Part shown: in pieces, positions 1-12,835 of the stretch
Layout of the letters: each line of letters begins with the position of its first letter
Position numbering within the stretch: position 1 is the first letter of the stretch
Assembly (NCBI RefSeq): GCF_026571515.1
Contig: NW_026862393.1
Span: forward strand, 124,001 to 188,000
Length of the DNA stretch: 64,000 bases
Direction: 5' to 3'
Source of the DNA: Ruditapes philippinarum
Lineage: Eukaryota
The notes under the pieces: generated by a model
Told to the model about the DNA's origin: nothing
Database searches by the model: none
What the model saw: the letters and a program-made list of their open reading frames with translations, nothing else
Position numbers and translations under genes: made by a program

Positions 1-805
1 GTGTCACAATCACGGCGTTTTACTCATTTAAAAATCAAAGTTATTTTATTGTCATGTTTGCGCCAAGATTTTGATTGCTAATCAATGTTACTAAAACAAT
101 TGCAAGTAAAATACTAAAAGATATGAGGATATGATAATTGCGTAAAACATTAACAGAAACTATTCTTCATAACACCTTTGATCATCAGAGCTACATTAAA
201 AATCTGCTTTAAACTGCCACAGTCATTTTTCAGATATAAAAATTTTAGAGTACACATCTAATTTTATTTCTTATTGCAACTAATTTGTGTGAAAAGCTCC
301 TCGGGGCAATAAAACATTTATAAAGAGAAATCGCTTTCTAGACAATTTTTTATACCCATTATAATACGAGTGAATTAGCGTTAGAATTAGAATATTTAAC
401 CGTTAACTAAATAACATAATACATTTCAAACTGCAAAATAATTAAAGTTGGTTTACACATCTAAACATGGTGTTTTTTTAACATTCTAGATAGAGCAGTT
501 GAACGAATTCATTCTCGTTAAAGATGCATTCACACAGGGAGATTAAAGAGAATCCTGGAGATTTGCTGGAATCCAAATTATGTCAGCATAATAAAGACAT
601 TGATAACGTGTTATATTAAAACTGACTTGACGGTGTTCACGTTAAGATAACGCTTAACAAAAACAATAAAACTCAGGAGTAATTAACGATTACAGTAATG
701 CTTTGATGTGTTCCATTCTGTAACAAACAATAAAAGTTATCTTAAATTGTGCTTGTCCTATATTATTAATAGTTTTAAACGAAGTAAACTTACTTTGTTC
801 ACGAA

Positions 806-886
806 ACAGAGAAATACAGAATACCTAAAGAAAGCCCAACACGGCAATATTGAAAATGTTGCAGGCTCGGTTTGATTTGGCCTATT
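806..886 (+). repeat. Partial arm of a dispersed foldback/MITE-like repeat (about 10 arm copies in the window)
   Basis: ACAGAATACCTAAAGAAAGCCCAACACGGCAATATTGAAAATGTTGCAGGCTCGGTTTGATT matches the arms at 24795-24995, 35983-36165, 44065-44375 and 45808-46000. Confidence 0.7.
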
Positions 887-3815
887 TGTGTTTGCTCATG
901 TGTAAATGGACCTCTTATATAAGTTATGAAATTCTAAATAACATATAAACATATGTGTTTGGCTTCATTTGTACGGAGGTAAAAAGTTGATTGGCCTGTC
1001 CGTGCTCTGCCTTGTGCCCTGTCCTGTTCTTTTTTGGGGGGTCCCCCTAGGCTCCTTGCCACTGATTCTTGTTGCTGGGTTGTGTGGGGGTTGCGCTCAT
1101 TGAACGCAGACTTTCCTTGTTGACCGTTTTTATCATATTTGATAGCATAATATAACAGTAAGCTGAACAAAAATAAAACATTATTAATGATAAAGTTCAC
1201 GTGTAAAAGATGCACAAGAACATTGGATCTGGTATTAATATATAGGTTTGTTAATTATGTAAATATATATGATATTACTCGAAAAATGTCTTATTGCATT
1301 TAATTCCAAATATCTTAAATTATACCCCAAAAAACCATCATTTTTTTGGTTATGCTGTCAAACTATTTTCTATACATTTAAAATTCTAATCATTGGACTT
1401 AATTTGTGTAACGTTTGGACGAAATGTAACAAATAAATAAAAAATAAAGTATGTGAATGGTATAGAATGGGATATTTAATCAACCAGTCTGTTTTATTTA
1501 TAATTTGGTCAGATATATCTGTCAGTCATAAACAGTTACACCTCATTATAAATGGACAGTTAAATGGGTTTAATTTAGGAACCACACATTGCCGCCCTGG
1601 AACATGCTGTGAGTTCAAGAGCCATATTGATTTATGAAACTTGCCTGTTTTTTTATCAGTAGGGAAATATCTCAAAACTATTTCATTTTAGGTAAAGCCA
1701 AGACTTCAGTCCGCTTTTGAAAGAGTATATTCAATATGTTCAATAACGTTTATCTTTATCATCTCAAGTATTGGAAATAAAAGTATTATACAACTAAATT
1801 ATTCATTACCATCTTAAGTATTTATCACTGATGGTAGAAATACAATTATTTTAAAGGTGAATTACTCATGTTGAAGGTCAACTGATAAATAACTAAAATA
1901 ACCATGTATTGAAATTATTTTACCAATTATTGTTTATGTATGTTTCATCCAACGACATAGTTTTACAACCTAGTAGATCAACGTTCTCTACAGCTAAACA
2001 TGTGGCAAAATAACGCTATGAAGTTATTATTATAATTTGCATCGACACCAGTGTCATTCAATATACTGTTATTATTGACTCTCACAGCGGTTACCCCCCT
2101 GGCGCGATACAAGTAGTAACAAATCGGGACGTAATCAGTCCGAGAAGTTTGATGAGAATTCTAAGCATGGCATATGATTCCAACTTTTTTGAGGCAAACG
2201 TAAAATTCATTTGTGTTGATCTATTAGGTTGAGGTAACATAAGATAACCTACGAATTATTACATAAACAGTTTTAGGTCATGCTCCAGCAAACAAGATAT
2301 TCTGATCTTTCTAATATTTAGTGACAAGTACTGTCAAAAACACCATGTTAAAACATTTTTGTGATGATATTGTAAGAACATCCGTTACTATAAAAGAATG
2401 AGAATACACCACATTTTGTGTACGATTAGAAATCTATTTTTCACTTATTATAACATTAGCTAATGACCTTACATTTAAAGACTCATGGAAGCTACAAAAT
2501 GAGAATTTCTGTATTGAATACGTTATTATTGTATTACATGCAATACATTAAAAAATATAAAAAAAAGATAATAATGATAAAAAAAATTCTTAAGAAGACA
2601 AAATGTCAAAAGCTAAAGAAAAGCGTTTGATTTTATTGCACCGATTATATATATATTTGTAACAACATTTAAATGGAAAAGAAAAGAAAATAACTTGTTC
2701 CTTAAAAACTCTTGAATAATTAAAAAAGGTGTATTCCACTGCTTTTTTTATAAAACTATCTGATTTGTTCACTACTCTTGAGAATTTCTGTGCTGAAAAA
2801 TATAGTGATGAGATTATATACAGATTCAACTCTTCATTGTCTGTTGTCTGGTTAAATATTTAAAAGACTGTTATATTTATTTTTACATATATATATTGAC
2901 GTTCTATGATGATAAAAGTATATACGAAAATTATTGTATGATAGTTGTATTTGGAGAAAATACTCGTCTCTTTGATTCTCGAGTACAAAATAGGTTGATT
3001 TTCTTGATAAATGGTATATGATGTCGAAATAATTGTACAAAATGAATAGATGTGTCAAATAAATAAGAACGGAATTACAAATGATTCTAAGTAACTAATG
3101 GAGAAATTATATTGTCATATTTATGGCATATTTTGAATTGCAAATCTGTCTTAGAATTTGTGGAAGCTTTTGTAAAAAACTATGTAAATTATTGTTAACG
3201 TTCATTCTTGAATTCGTGGATTCTAGTTCTACTTGAGATAATATTGTAAACAATAAAAAAGCCATTCATGCATTATGTTGTTTTAAGTATTGGGACGTAA
3301 TGTGAGTCAGAAAATATATCTATAGCCCTGCAAGAAACAGCACAAACTAACTTTACTAATAAACATACATATTCAAAATATACATAGCGAAAAATGATGT
3401 TATAACTTAGAGAGTAAATCAACACACAGTTGTTCCAGGAATTATTTCTAATATACATCAAATATAGAATATACAGCATGCTATCATGACTTATCATTGT
3501 AAGACTTGTATGTTTTTCTGCTAAAGTAGCTTATAAAGTTGCATCGTTTAATAAACAAGATATTCTACTTTACAAATTGAATGATGTGATGAGCATTTAA
3601 AATTCTTACATTTATACCTTACAGAAATCTTGATGATAAATATTTGATATACACATGTATATGTCGCGCTCTCCCATGTTAGAAAACTAAACAATAATGG
3701 TACGATCATGATGTTTTAATAGTGCTACACCTCTGGTACATTTTCCAATTTAATATTATTACATTCCTGTTGAATAAGTAAAATCTAAGTTATATTTACA
3801 AATAACATTACGAAT

Positions 3816-4460
3816 AACAAAAATGCCACGATGGTCCTAGATCGCTAGCCTGAAATTTAGCCCATTTAGCAAACTAGATAGAAATTGAAATTGGATGATG
3901 CAAATTTACTAAATGTCTTAAGAGGAGAATACTTTTAAAGATGTTCATATATGATTCCATGTGTTGTGTATACATGTGATCCAAGGACGAAACCTCCAAT
4001 ATTGGCCCTATAGTCATGACTTTCACAAGTGATTTACTATACAATGCTAAAAAACAACTATCTAAGCTTTATACGGTGCATTTATAAAAAGACGAGTAAA
4101 AGGTCCTTTCCTATATAAATCTATGTAAAATCAAGATCCGAAGGGCAGGGCAAATTCTTTTACCCAATGGTTATGATTTAAACAAACTTGATAAACGTCG
4201 TTTAGACAATGCAAATGCAAAACACTCAATATCTATTTTTTCATTCTATATGTAACATCCAGTGATACCTGGACTTCTGACTCATTATTTGAATAAATAT
4301 GGTTGTGCTGCACTAAACATCTAACCTAAAGGCATTGTATATATTGAGAATTTTTCCTTTATGACTCTAAACAAAATAAAAAGACCCCGAGGTTGTGTAC
4401 AATTTAACCTCTTGCCATTTAGCCACATGTCATAACGTTAACTATGAGCAATGGTGAGCT
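3816..4460 (-). mobile_element. Degenerate Helentron-type non-autonomous element (HINE relic) related to 59364-60955
   Basis: Left end AACAAAAATGCCACGATGGTCCTAGATCGCTAGCCTG resembles ACAAGAGGGCCATGATGGCCCTGAGGTCGCTCACCTG. Decayed core repeats are visible (GGGCAGGGCAAATT...TTTAAACAAACTTG at about 4140-4190). The right end GGTGAGCT is at 4453-4460. Confidence 0.6.
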
Positions 4461-4713
4461 GACAATGATCGAAGGGCACCTTAACTTTAGACATAATAAC
4501 AATACAGTATGCTTGCAAAGAAAACGGAAACATAAATGGAATATGATATCACTTAATTAAAATCAAAATCTAATACAATCATTTGATTTATGTGTAATTG
4601 ATGTAATATTGAAAAGAATAACCAATGAGTATCCTAACAACTAATTTGATGTAATATAAATCTAATTCACCACAGCTTATATAATATTATAAAATTTAAT
4701 TCTATAAAACAGC

Positions 4714-4970
4714 TGTCGTTGACTTCAAACCACTTGCCCCTCACCGCTGTGGGTTCGAATGTCGACAGGGACTTTGGATTCTTTCATGTGAGGAAGCTAT
4801 CCAGCTAGCTTACGGAACGTCGGTGGTTCTACTCAGGTGCCCGTTCGTGCCTGAAATAATGTACGGAAGGGAACCTGAGGTCTTCCTCCACCAGTAAAGC
4901 TGGAACGTCGCGATATGACCTATACTGTGTCGGTGTGACGTAAAACCCAATCAAACAAACAAAAAAGAAA
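4714..4970 (+). mobile_element. tRNA-derived SINE, slightly 5'-truncated (family A)
   Basis: B-box GGGTTCGAAT at 4751-4760, a GC-rich body, and a 3' tail CGCGATATGACC...GTGACGTAAAACCCAATCAAACAAAC. A 12-bp TSD with one mismatch flanks it: CTATAAAACAGC (4702-4713) and CTGTAAAACAGC (4971-4982). A second copy lies at 52562-52678. Confidence 0.9.
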
Positions 4971-7152
4971 CTGTAAAACAGCCATAATATTATCCTTCTA
5001 AAGATATTGAAACTTCAAGCAAACAAAAGGTCTTAGCATAATCAAGTGTGAGTTATTACCATATGATGCAAACGTAAACACACTTGTTAAGTATAAAACT
5101 CTTTTTTTCCTATTAAATTAACCAAATCCCAATTAGACTAGTTACTATCTACTATCTGTCAACTGCTTTAATTTTGATTAATTTCACAAGAACAGAAAAT
5201 TGAAAACAATATGCTTTGCTTAATCGTTATGTACATTGTAAAAAAAATAAATTAACACTTATATTTTGAATTTATCCCTATTTTCCTTATAGATGATCGC
5301 ATTTTGTAAAAGTATGCATTTCACTGAAATTGATAAAATAATTTTATTGTTTCTGAAGTTTAGGCATTTATCGCAGTCGATGTTTTCTGACATACCGTAC
5401 GTAGTATCAAACTCACGATGCCCATCCCTTTAGTTTCAAATTTTTCATCCCTTACGTTTATGTCTAAATCATTATATTTTGACTTTTATTGATGTTTATC
5501 GGTGTAAAGCACTATAACTTTTAACATGATTTTCACTTTGTGCGATATATCAGAGCATACATAACATATCTTAAGAATGATTTTGTATAAAGGTTCATAT
5601 CTCAATTCATACATTTATTTGTGTTCTTTAATACTCTCGGTCATATTTGTGTTTACAACAAAACTCTTTAATTCTGTGTTGATGGCTTGTTTATCTGACA
5701 GGGAAATATACTTGTCAGATTTATATCTATAGTAAACTGACAGATACCGGGTTAGTATTTTCATATTTTATTGAATGGATTGCCGTTTTGTAGTTTTGTA
5801 AGATACATATGCCAATCATAAGCAAGAGCAACCGGATCACAATTTGAGAAAGAGCGGGTTAAATGTACGAACACACATGGCGCAAACTGTGAAACGAGCT
5901 CAGTAAATGTTAAAGTATCTTGTAATGCATGTTTAATAAAATTGGTCTGTCAGTTTTTATCAGCAGTACAAGCATCTGTTTGTTGTTGTTGATTTTTCAA
6001 ATCCTATATCAATATCAAACACACGATTCATTACAAGCAAATGGTATAAGTTACGGTCAAGACTTATAAAAACTATTAACGTGAAAAGAGCTTAATTATT
6101 CAGATATTTTAACATGCATAACTGTAGGTCGCTCAGAAGACAGGGTCTGATGTTTTTTACAAATAACGCACAGTGTGACATCATTATTATCATCATATGA
6201 AAGGGTTAATAAATGTGGGAAGCTTCTATCCTCAAACGTTCGAATAGAGCATGACTCAAATGTTATAAATATATTGCCTTGCTACTTGTATGTAAAATGG
6301 ATACACAAAAAGGTTTTTCATTTTGTTCTAAAAGGATGAGAAACAGGTCGTTTTGCTTCCCTGTAAACTTCGGAAAGTAAATTTTATTACGCCCAATCAA
6401 TATATTATAACAACGTTAATCCATAACGTCTGTGTGGTATATATTGTAGAAGTTGTCTCATGTTACAGTGTTATACTTAAAGAAGACATAAATCATGATT
6501 GATTTGCAACTTTATGTCGCCAGCATACTCTATCTTGCCCTGTTTTCTTGACATTTTATTATCGGTAGCATATAGAAAATGAAATTTAAGGAAACTTCTT
6601 TCACTTTTAGTAAAAAAAATAGGCACCGCAGATATTCTTAAATAATAGAATGTTTATCACATTATCAAGTGTGTTGTTAACAAGAAACCATTTAAAATTA
6701 TTCAATCAAAAATAAACATAAGCAAATCATTGTTATTTTTGTCTCTATACAGTATTTTTATTGTTATTCTATAATCCGTGACTATTCTCCACAAAAAAGA
6801 AGTACCACACACAGCGAATTCAAAAAGTGCCACACTATTGTTTTCTTTTTTATCTTTTTAAGATATTATATGAATTTATCTTTCTGTTTCCTATAGCAAA
6901 GTAACGTTTATATCAGAACCAATGAAAGTGTTAACATTTCTTTGTGGCCATAAGAAAACACTTGCCTCCCATAAGAAAACACTTGCCTCATGGACATTTC
7001 ATAGAGTTATCTTCATACAATTTACCAAGTAAAATAGTCATATTCGGGAGTAATGGAAATAACATGCATTGTGAAGTCTTATATTTTTAGTATTTGAAAG
7101 AGGAAAGATATGAATAATAGTTATTTTAAATAGCAAATTTATTTTCCAGTAT

Positions 7153-7267
7153 ATATAATACACATTAAATATAGCAAGTAAATTGCAAATGTATTCGTTT
7201 AGTCTACTAGAAGACTAGTTAACGAATACATTTGCAATTTACTTGCTATATTTAATGTGTATTATAT
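7153..7267. repeat. Perfect 47-bp inverted repeat with 21-nt spacer
   Basis: 7153-7199 ATATAATACACATTAAATATAGCAAGTAAATTGCAAATGTATTCGTT is the exact reverse complement of 7221-7267. Confidence 0.95.
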
Positions 7268-7371
7268 TAAGTTAACAATTTGAAATATTGCAAAGATATA
7301 ATGAGCGAGGTCTTTATTGCTCCTTAAACTGATCTATTTTGGCAATCATAAATTAAACATCTCTTCTGGTT

Positions 7372-7486
7372 TACTTTATAACATAGTGTACCATATCACG
7401 TGATACTGTTTTTTTATAACACAGTGTACCAAAGCACTTGCTACTGTTGTACTTTATAATAACGTGTACCATATCACGTGATATCA
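7372..7486 (+). repeat. Short minisatellite, 3 x about 39 bp
   Basis: Three diverged copies of TACTTTATAACANAGTGTACCATATCACGTGATACTGTT. Confidence 0.8.
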
Positions 7487-7660
7487 TAAAGATTAAAAAC
7501 TTGTGTTTAATATATGTCTGTGAACAAAACAACACAATAACAGTACATATATATTTAAGAGCAAGGCGACTAAATGTGGTTTAATTCAACGCTGCAAGAA
7601 TTACAGAAGATGTAAAACACAAATTTTAATTAATGTGATTTATTACATGCTTTTCGGTGG

Positions 7661-8086
7661 TTTATAGAAATATATCAGTGATATAAAACTGGTAATTTCA
7701 CTGTTTGAAACAGTGAAATTACCACTTTGATAATTTCACTGTTTTGAATTTAAGCCCCTTACGTTGTTTCAGTAAAATACCAGCGTGCACAGTACTGGGT
7801 ACCAACTTAATGACGTGACGTCGTAAATGACGTCACGTTGTATTATTATTTGGCGCGCTTTTCATTCAGTATTGGGTTAAATGTCTTTTTAAAACGTTTT
7901 TTTTTGCATATAATAAAAAGAAAATTTGTTTACTTTAGTGTAAGATTGAAATATATTTCACCTTGTGAACACCAAAAGTTCATATTTCACTCGTGGCTGC
8001 GCCACTCGTGAAATATACCTTTTGGTGCTCACTCGGTGAAATATATTCCGATCTTACACTGAACTAAACAAATATCCTCTATATAT
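7661..8086. mobile_element. Non-autonomous palindromic element, Crypton-like architecture
   Basis: Left hairpin GGTAATTTCACTGTT-TGA-AACAGTGAAATTACC. A right imperfect palindrome with about 65-bp arms (7926-8071) is centred on CACTCGTGGCTGCGCCACTCGTG. The ends are TATA-rich and I see no TIR or TSD. The family assignment is from recall of mollusc repeats only. Confidence 0.55.
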
Positions 8087-11000
8087 ATTACCTGATGCAA
8101 TAAATTACTATTCTAATATCTTTATTTTGTAACATGTTCTATATTAGACAATCGTAAATTATTTCCACACATATAACCCGATATGTGTGGTCTAAATAAG
8201 TATCTTGTGGTTTAATAAATTATGGTTAGGAGTATGATGACTTATAAATTATCAATTTGCTAAAACCCAATGCTTTTTTATAAACTCTTATACATTCTGT
8301 TTCAGAACATTTTTAATTAACAATATATCAAAATCTGAGAATAGCAGATATTTTTTGTACTTAATGGAAAACAATATATAGAATTTGTGATGATACATCT
8401 AACCTAAACTCTAACTCAAATGCTTTATTATTAAAACAAGAAATTTGACTAAAATCACTAGTTCTAAATTTCAACGTTTAATTTATAGGTTTATTTATGC
8501 CATTTTTTAATGTTCCCTATATGTCTAGAAAGACATTCTATAACTTATATAATTGATTATAATAACTAAAGAAGCTAAATAAAGCACAGCATGTCTTGAT
8601 AAATTGTGGTGTTATCATAGGTATGTAATGAAAGGACGTTATTGTATACGTAATTAAAGCTTTACATGTTGTCAGTAAATTCTATAAATAAAAAATAAAA
8701 GAAATCATAAATTATTCGTTTTATCAGAAACAAAAAAAGGATATAATTTAGGAACACACACAACGCTAAAGACAATGTAACATAAGATAGCTTATATCGT
8801 GCATTGTTTAAGTACATACCTTTATCAGCAAAATCATACATTTCAAAAGGTAACTTTGTAGAATGTTAAGCAGGAAAAGATTAAGTTGGCAAATATTTCA
8901 AATATGTGTTATACGTATGTATGGTGGTCAAAAATGATATATGTTTTACATACAACAATTGCTTTCCTTGTCACTGAGCAGAGTGACAGTAGTTAAAACT
9001 TAAGCTTATAATAATACAATATCTGTTTCATTTAAGAATAAATATTTTTTCTTAATTTCATTATTTCTCTTATTTTAGGACCTCTTGCTGTCTAAGTATG
9101 CATCCAAATTTTCCTTTATGTAAAGTCCAGGCTCAGTTTGTAAATTTTAAAATACATGTATTTTTTTATTCTTAAATTATCCTGAAGTGATTACAATATT
9201 GTAACGAACAACGAACCATCTCAATATGCTTCAAATTAGATGTAACATTTATTTTACTCAAATTTTAATATATTTATATTGGACAATTTCAAAGACGGTA
9301 AAACTTAATTTTTCAGAACAGAACAGAACATTTATTTTATTAGATTTGTACCATAAGTACATCAACAAACATAGAATGCTATGAAGAAAATATCACCTTT
9401 CAGATAAAGACAGTTGTTTAAGATATATATACACAAGCATACATTTAAAATGCAAGCTTAAACATCGTTGAATATTCACGTATAAATTGAGATAATTCAG
9501 ATGCATGAACCAATTTCATGTTCTTGATTAATGGAAACTTCTGGTAACTAGTATATTATAAAAGAGAGATTGCGAACCGATCTATTCAGCATCTGATACC
9601 GACAGATATTTGGTGATATTAAAATGTCATTAGTGCGCAGCAATACATCCCCCACTAATTGAATGAGCCATTCTTAAAATATTACCTACCAACTGATAAC
9701 GCCATACCCATCGCACACCTGTAAATCATATATAAGTGTTTCGATAGATATCATTTTATAATTATATATATGTTTATTTTAATTTGAGAATATTGAGAAA
9801 TTAAAAAAAACGTAACTGCATACGCAAACACGCATGCATGGAATTACAGGTACGGCTGTATTAAAATTAGAAAATAATAATTTAGTTATTCCTTACAAAA
9901 TACGAGTAATTTTACAATGACATGAAAAAAACCCTGCACTTATGAGATTTAAGGGCGCGATTTTAAATACATCTACTATTTTCAATCTACTATATCAAAG
10001 AAGTAATTAAAACACCTTTTAATTCTGCCGTTTTGGATTTTATATAAGTCAAGTCTATTTACCCTTATACACTTCAATGCTAGAAATTACTTGTTATCGT
10101 TTTTTAAATAAGTATTTTTTGATATCTTCAGTGGTGTAGATAAATCAAGAGCATAAGAACATCTTTACGACATCATAATTAAAATTAGTACATTTGCATT
10201 TTAAGGCGAACTAAATCTGCCAAATGCTATCATTTCATTTATCAAAGTCCTTTTATTTTCGGTATCTTGTTACAGTTTCAAAAAAAAATCATTTGTCATA
10301 TAGATGCTTTTTTTGCTTCTTTTGCTCTGTTGGCAACTGTTAAAATTATAGTGAATTAGTATTTATTTATTACTTCAGCGCTATTGTTGGTAAATAGTAA
10401 CGATTTTTTTTCTTTATTTCTATTTTCAATATTTTTGTCTTTAAATTGATGTACCTGTCAGAAATATTTCACGCATTATTTGAAAACTTTTCTATCATTG
10501 TGTATTGAAGCATTAAATAGTTATTTAGTAATACAAGTAATCCGTTTCTTTTATTTCAATTACATTACAATTTACACCTTGTTCTTTCTTGCACCAAAAA
10601 TAAATTTACTAGAAAGACTAACATACTTCACAATTAAAACTGGTTAAAGTAAAATGGGAATGATTCTGATCTTACATCTGTGTATGGCAGATTTATACCA
10701 GTATCAAAACAGCATTAATACACAACATAAAATTAAATATATCATTCCTAAACTGATAAAATGCATCTCAATACAAATAACAGAACGCTGTGATCAGACA
10801 AATCAATAGTCTTTGAAAATATATAAATAGATTTGTTCAAACAATTCGTTCAAAAATAGAAACAAACATTAAAACGTATAAATTATAAAAACAAAGACAA
10901 CGTCCAGGAACGACGTCAATTACCGAAGGGTCCTGACATGCGTCTAGAAATAAACTTTTTGTAAAAATCAAACGTCTGCATCAAATTGATGTGTTTGGTA

Positions 11001-12290
11001 AATAGATCACTTCCGGCGTTGCTAAACTATAAAATTATATCAAACCCAAAGATGACAGTAAGTGTTATATTTTTGATAGAACAAACAAAATATCAGGGAT
11101 AATACATGTGTAATAGTACACAATGTTAATAAGACTTATTCCCCTTCAATAATTTGAAACGTATGTTTCTCTGTAATTCTGATTTGACGGATTTAATGCT
11201 AAAGATACATATCAACTATATACATTGAGACACATATTAAAACGAGCATCCCGATATCTGATTTTATTTATGTTGTCTTGATGGAGTATCAATAATACAA
11301 ATAAATATTTAATAGAAAAATTGATCAAATGCAATAACAACGCAATTGTCTTACATCTGATTGATTGAAACTATCAAAATGTCATTCCATAGTTATATTG
11401 AATAACAAGCATAACTATTAACTTTGTGGACATTGAAGTATATTAATATAGCCGAGTAATGAAATTTGACTGAACGGTAAATCTTTTCTTTATGCCTCAA
11501 TATATGATAAAAATTAATGTGTACAATATTTCATGATAAATATCAATATTATCATTACTATTGCCACAGAACAGAAATAATGTTATTATAATAGCCATTT
11601 ATATTGATGCGTTTACGTTTAATACAAATCAATGAAAATTGTTCTCCTTTATTTTGTTAGGGAAACTTGTACAAAATATCTTGATATAATAACAATAAAA
11701 ACAAACAAACTTACAACGATAATATCGGGTGTAGGTAAAGTAAAGCTTTAATAAAAACAATCATTTCTAAAATATCTAAAAACGAAGCCTTAAAGAAAGC
11801 CAAGCAGGGCGACATTAAAAATGTTCAGGCTTGGTATGACTTTCACGCCCAATAGCACGGTTGAAATAAGAATACAATTTAACAATGTGAAACAAAATAA
11901 AATGAAATTCAGACAGGGGAGCAGGTTATGATGTTATTCAGACAATACTAAAACATAAATGTGTACATCACTTATAATTAATCATATCTCTTCATTTATT
12001 TTAAGTTTACAGTATGTTCTCATCGTTATATCTTTCATTACACACATATCAAATTGATTACCTTTGACAATATTGGGTGATCTGTCGGATGCATTGATGA
12101 ATCAAAGCACAGAAGGCGCTGAATTTGTTTGGGTCTCAGAATGTAAGAAAGGTGCAGGTTGTGAGATTATATGTATAGTGCCACCAATGCTTTCCAGCGT
12201 TTTAATTGTAGTAAATTGGCTATAAGACTAATTGCAACACTGATATTCAATCCAATGTTTATTTGACTTTAACAATTTGAAAAAAAATGA

Positions 12291-12365
12291 GTTACCTTTA
12301 CTGGGATTTGAACTCCAGACCTCTCGCTTCCTAAGCGAGCCCGAAAACCCTTCAGCCACGGTGAA
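12291..12365 (-). pseudogene. tRNA-Pro(AGG)-derived pseudo-tRNA / Pol III cassette
   Basis: On the minus strand: A-box TGGCTGAAGGG, anticodon arm CTCGC-TTAGGAA-GCGAG, B-box GAGTTCAAATCC, then a T8 run. The acceptor and T stems pair poorly. Confidence 0.7.
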
Positions 12366-12763
12366 TTTATATGTGAACAGGCTGAAGAAAACCATATTAT
12401 TCTAAATTAGGGCTTGTAACGACTTTAACTGTTGTTTAACACAGATGTAAATAATCCTAGAGCTTACTATAAGCATTTATATTTATAAAGAATCAAAGGG
12501 CTGCAAGTTCTGTGGTATTTTCTGATCTTTGCAATCTAAATCGTACTGTATATCTGTATGCATTTTCCTGTATAGGTTTATTTTTATGTATTATAATTCA
12601 TTTTGCAAGGCACCAGAGTTTGATACATACGGAATTCTGCATAACTAGAGTTGCATCAAAAAATCATTTATGTTCATTTTTTACGACAGTCACACTTTAT
12701 CTTGCATATCATGGCTACTTCTTTAACAAAAACACTTAAAAAAGAATTTAACAAAAAAAAAAG

Positions 12764-12835
12764 TTTCCTCGACTGGGATTCGAACTCGAGACCTCTCACT
12801 CACTAAGCGAGCGCGTTACCACTGTACCATGGAGA
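12764..12835 (-). pseudogene. Second tRNA-derived cassette, paralogue of 12291-12365
   Basis: On the minus strand: A-box TGGTACAGTGG, arm CTCGC-TTAGTGA-GTGAG, B-box GAGTTCGAATCC, then a T10 run. The flanks are homologous to the first copy over about 150 bp. Confidence 0.7.

Noticed and set aside
2088-2235. Possible exon after CTCACAG
   Set aside because: Two frames are briefly open but neither resembles a known protein, and I could not identify partner exons.
2720-3230. Patchy open frames suggestive of decayed coding DNA
   Set aside because: Multiple stops and no motif I can name. A translated database search would be needed.
12291-12835. Functional tRNA genes
   Set aside because: The acceptor and T stems do not pair properly and the anticodon loop differs between the two paralogues. 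They are kept only as pseudo-tRNA cassettes.
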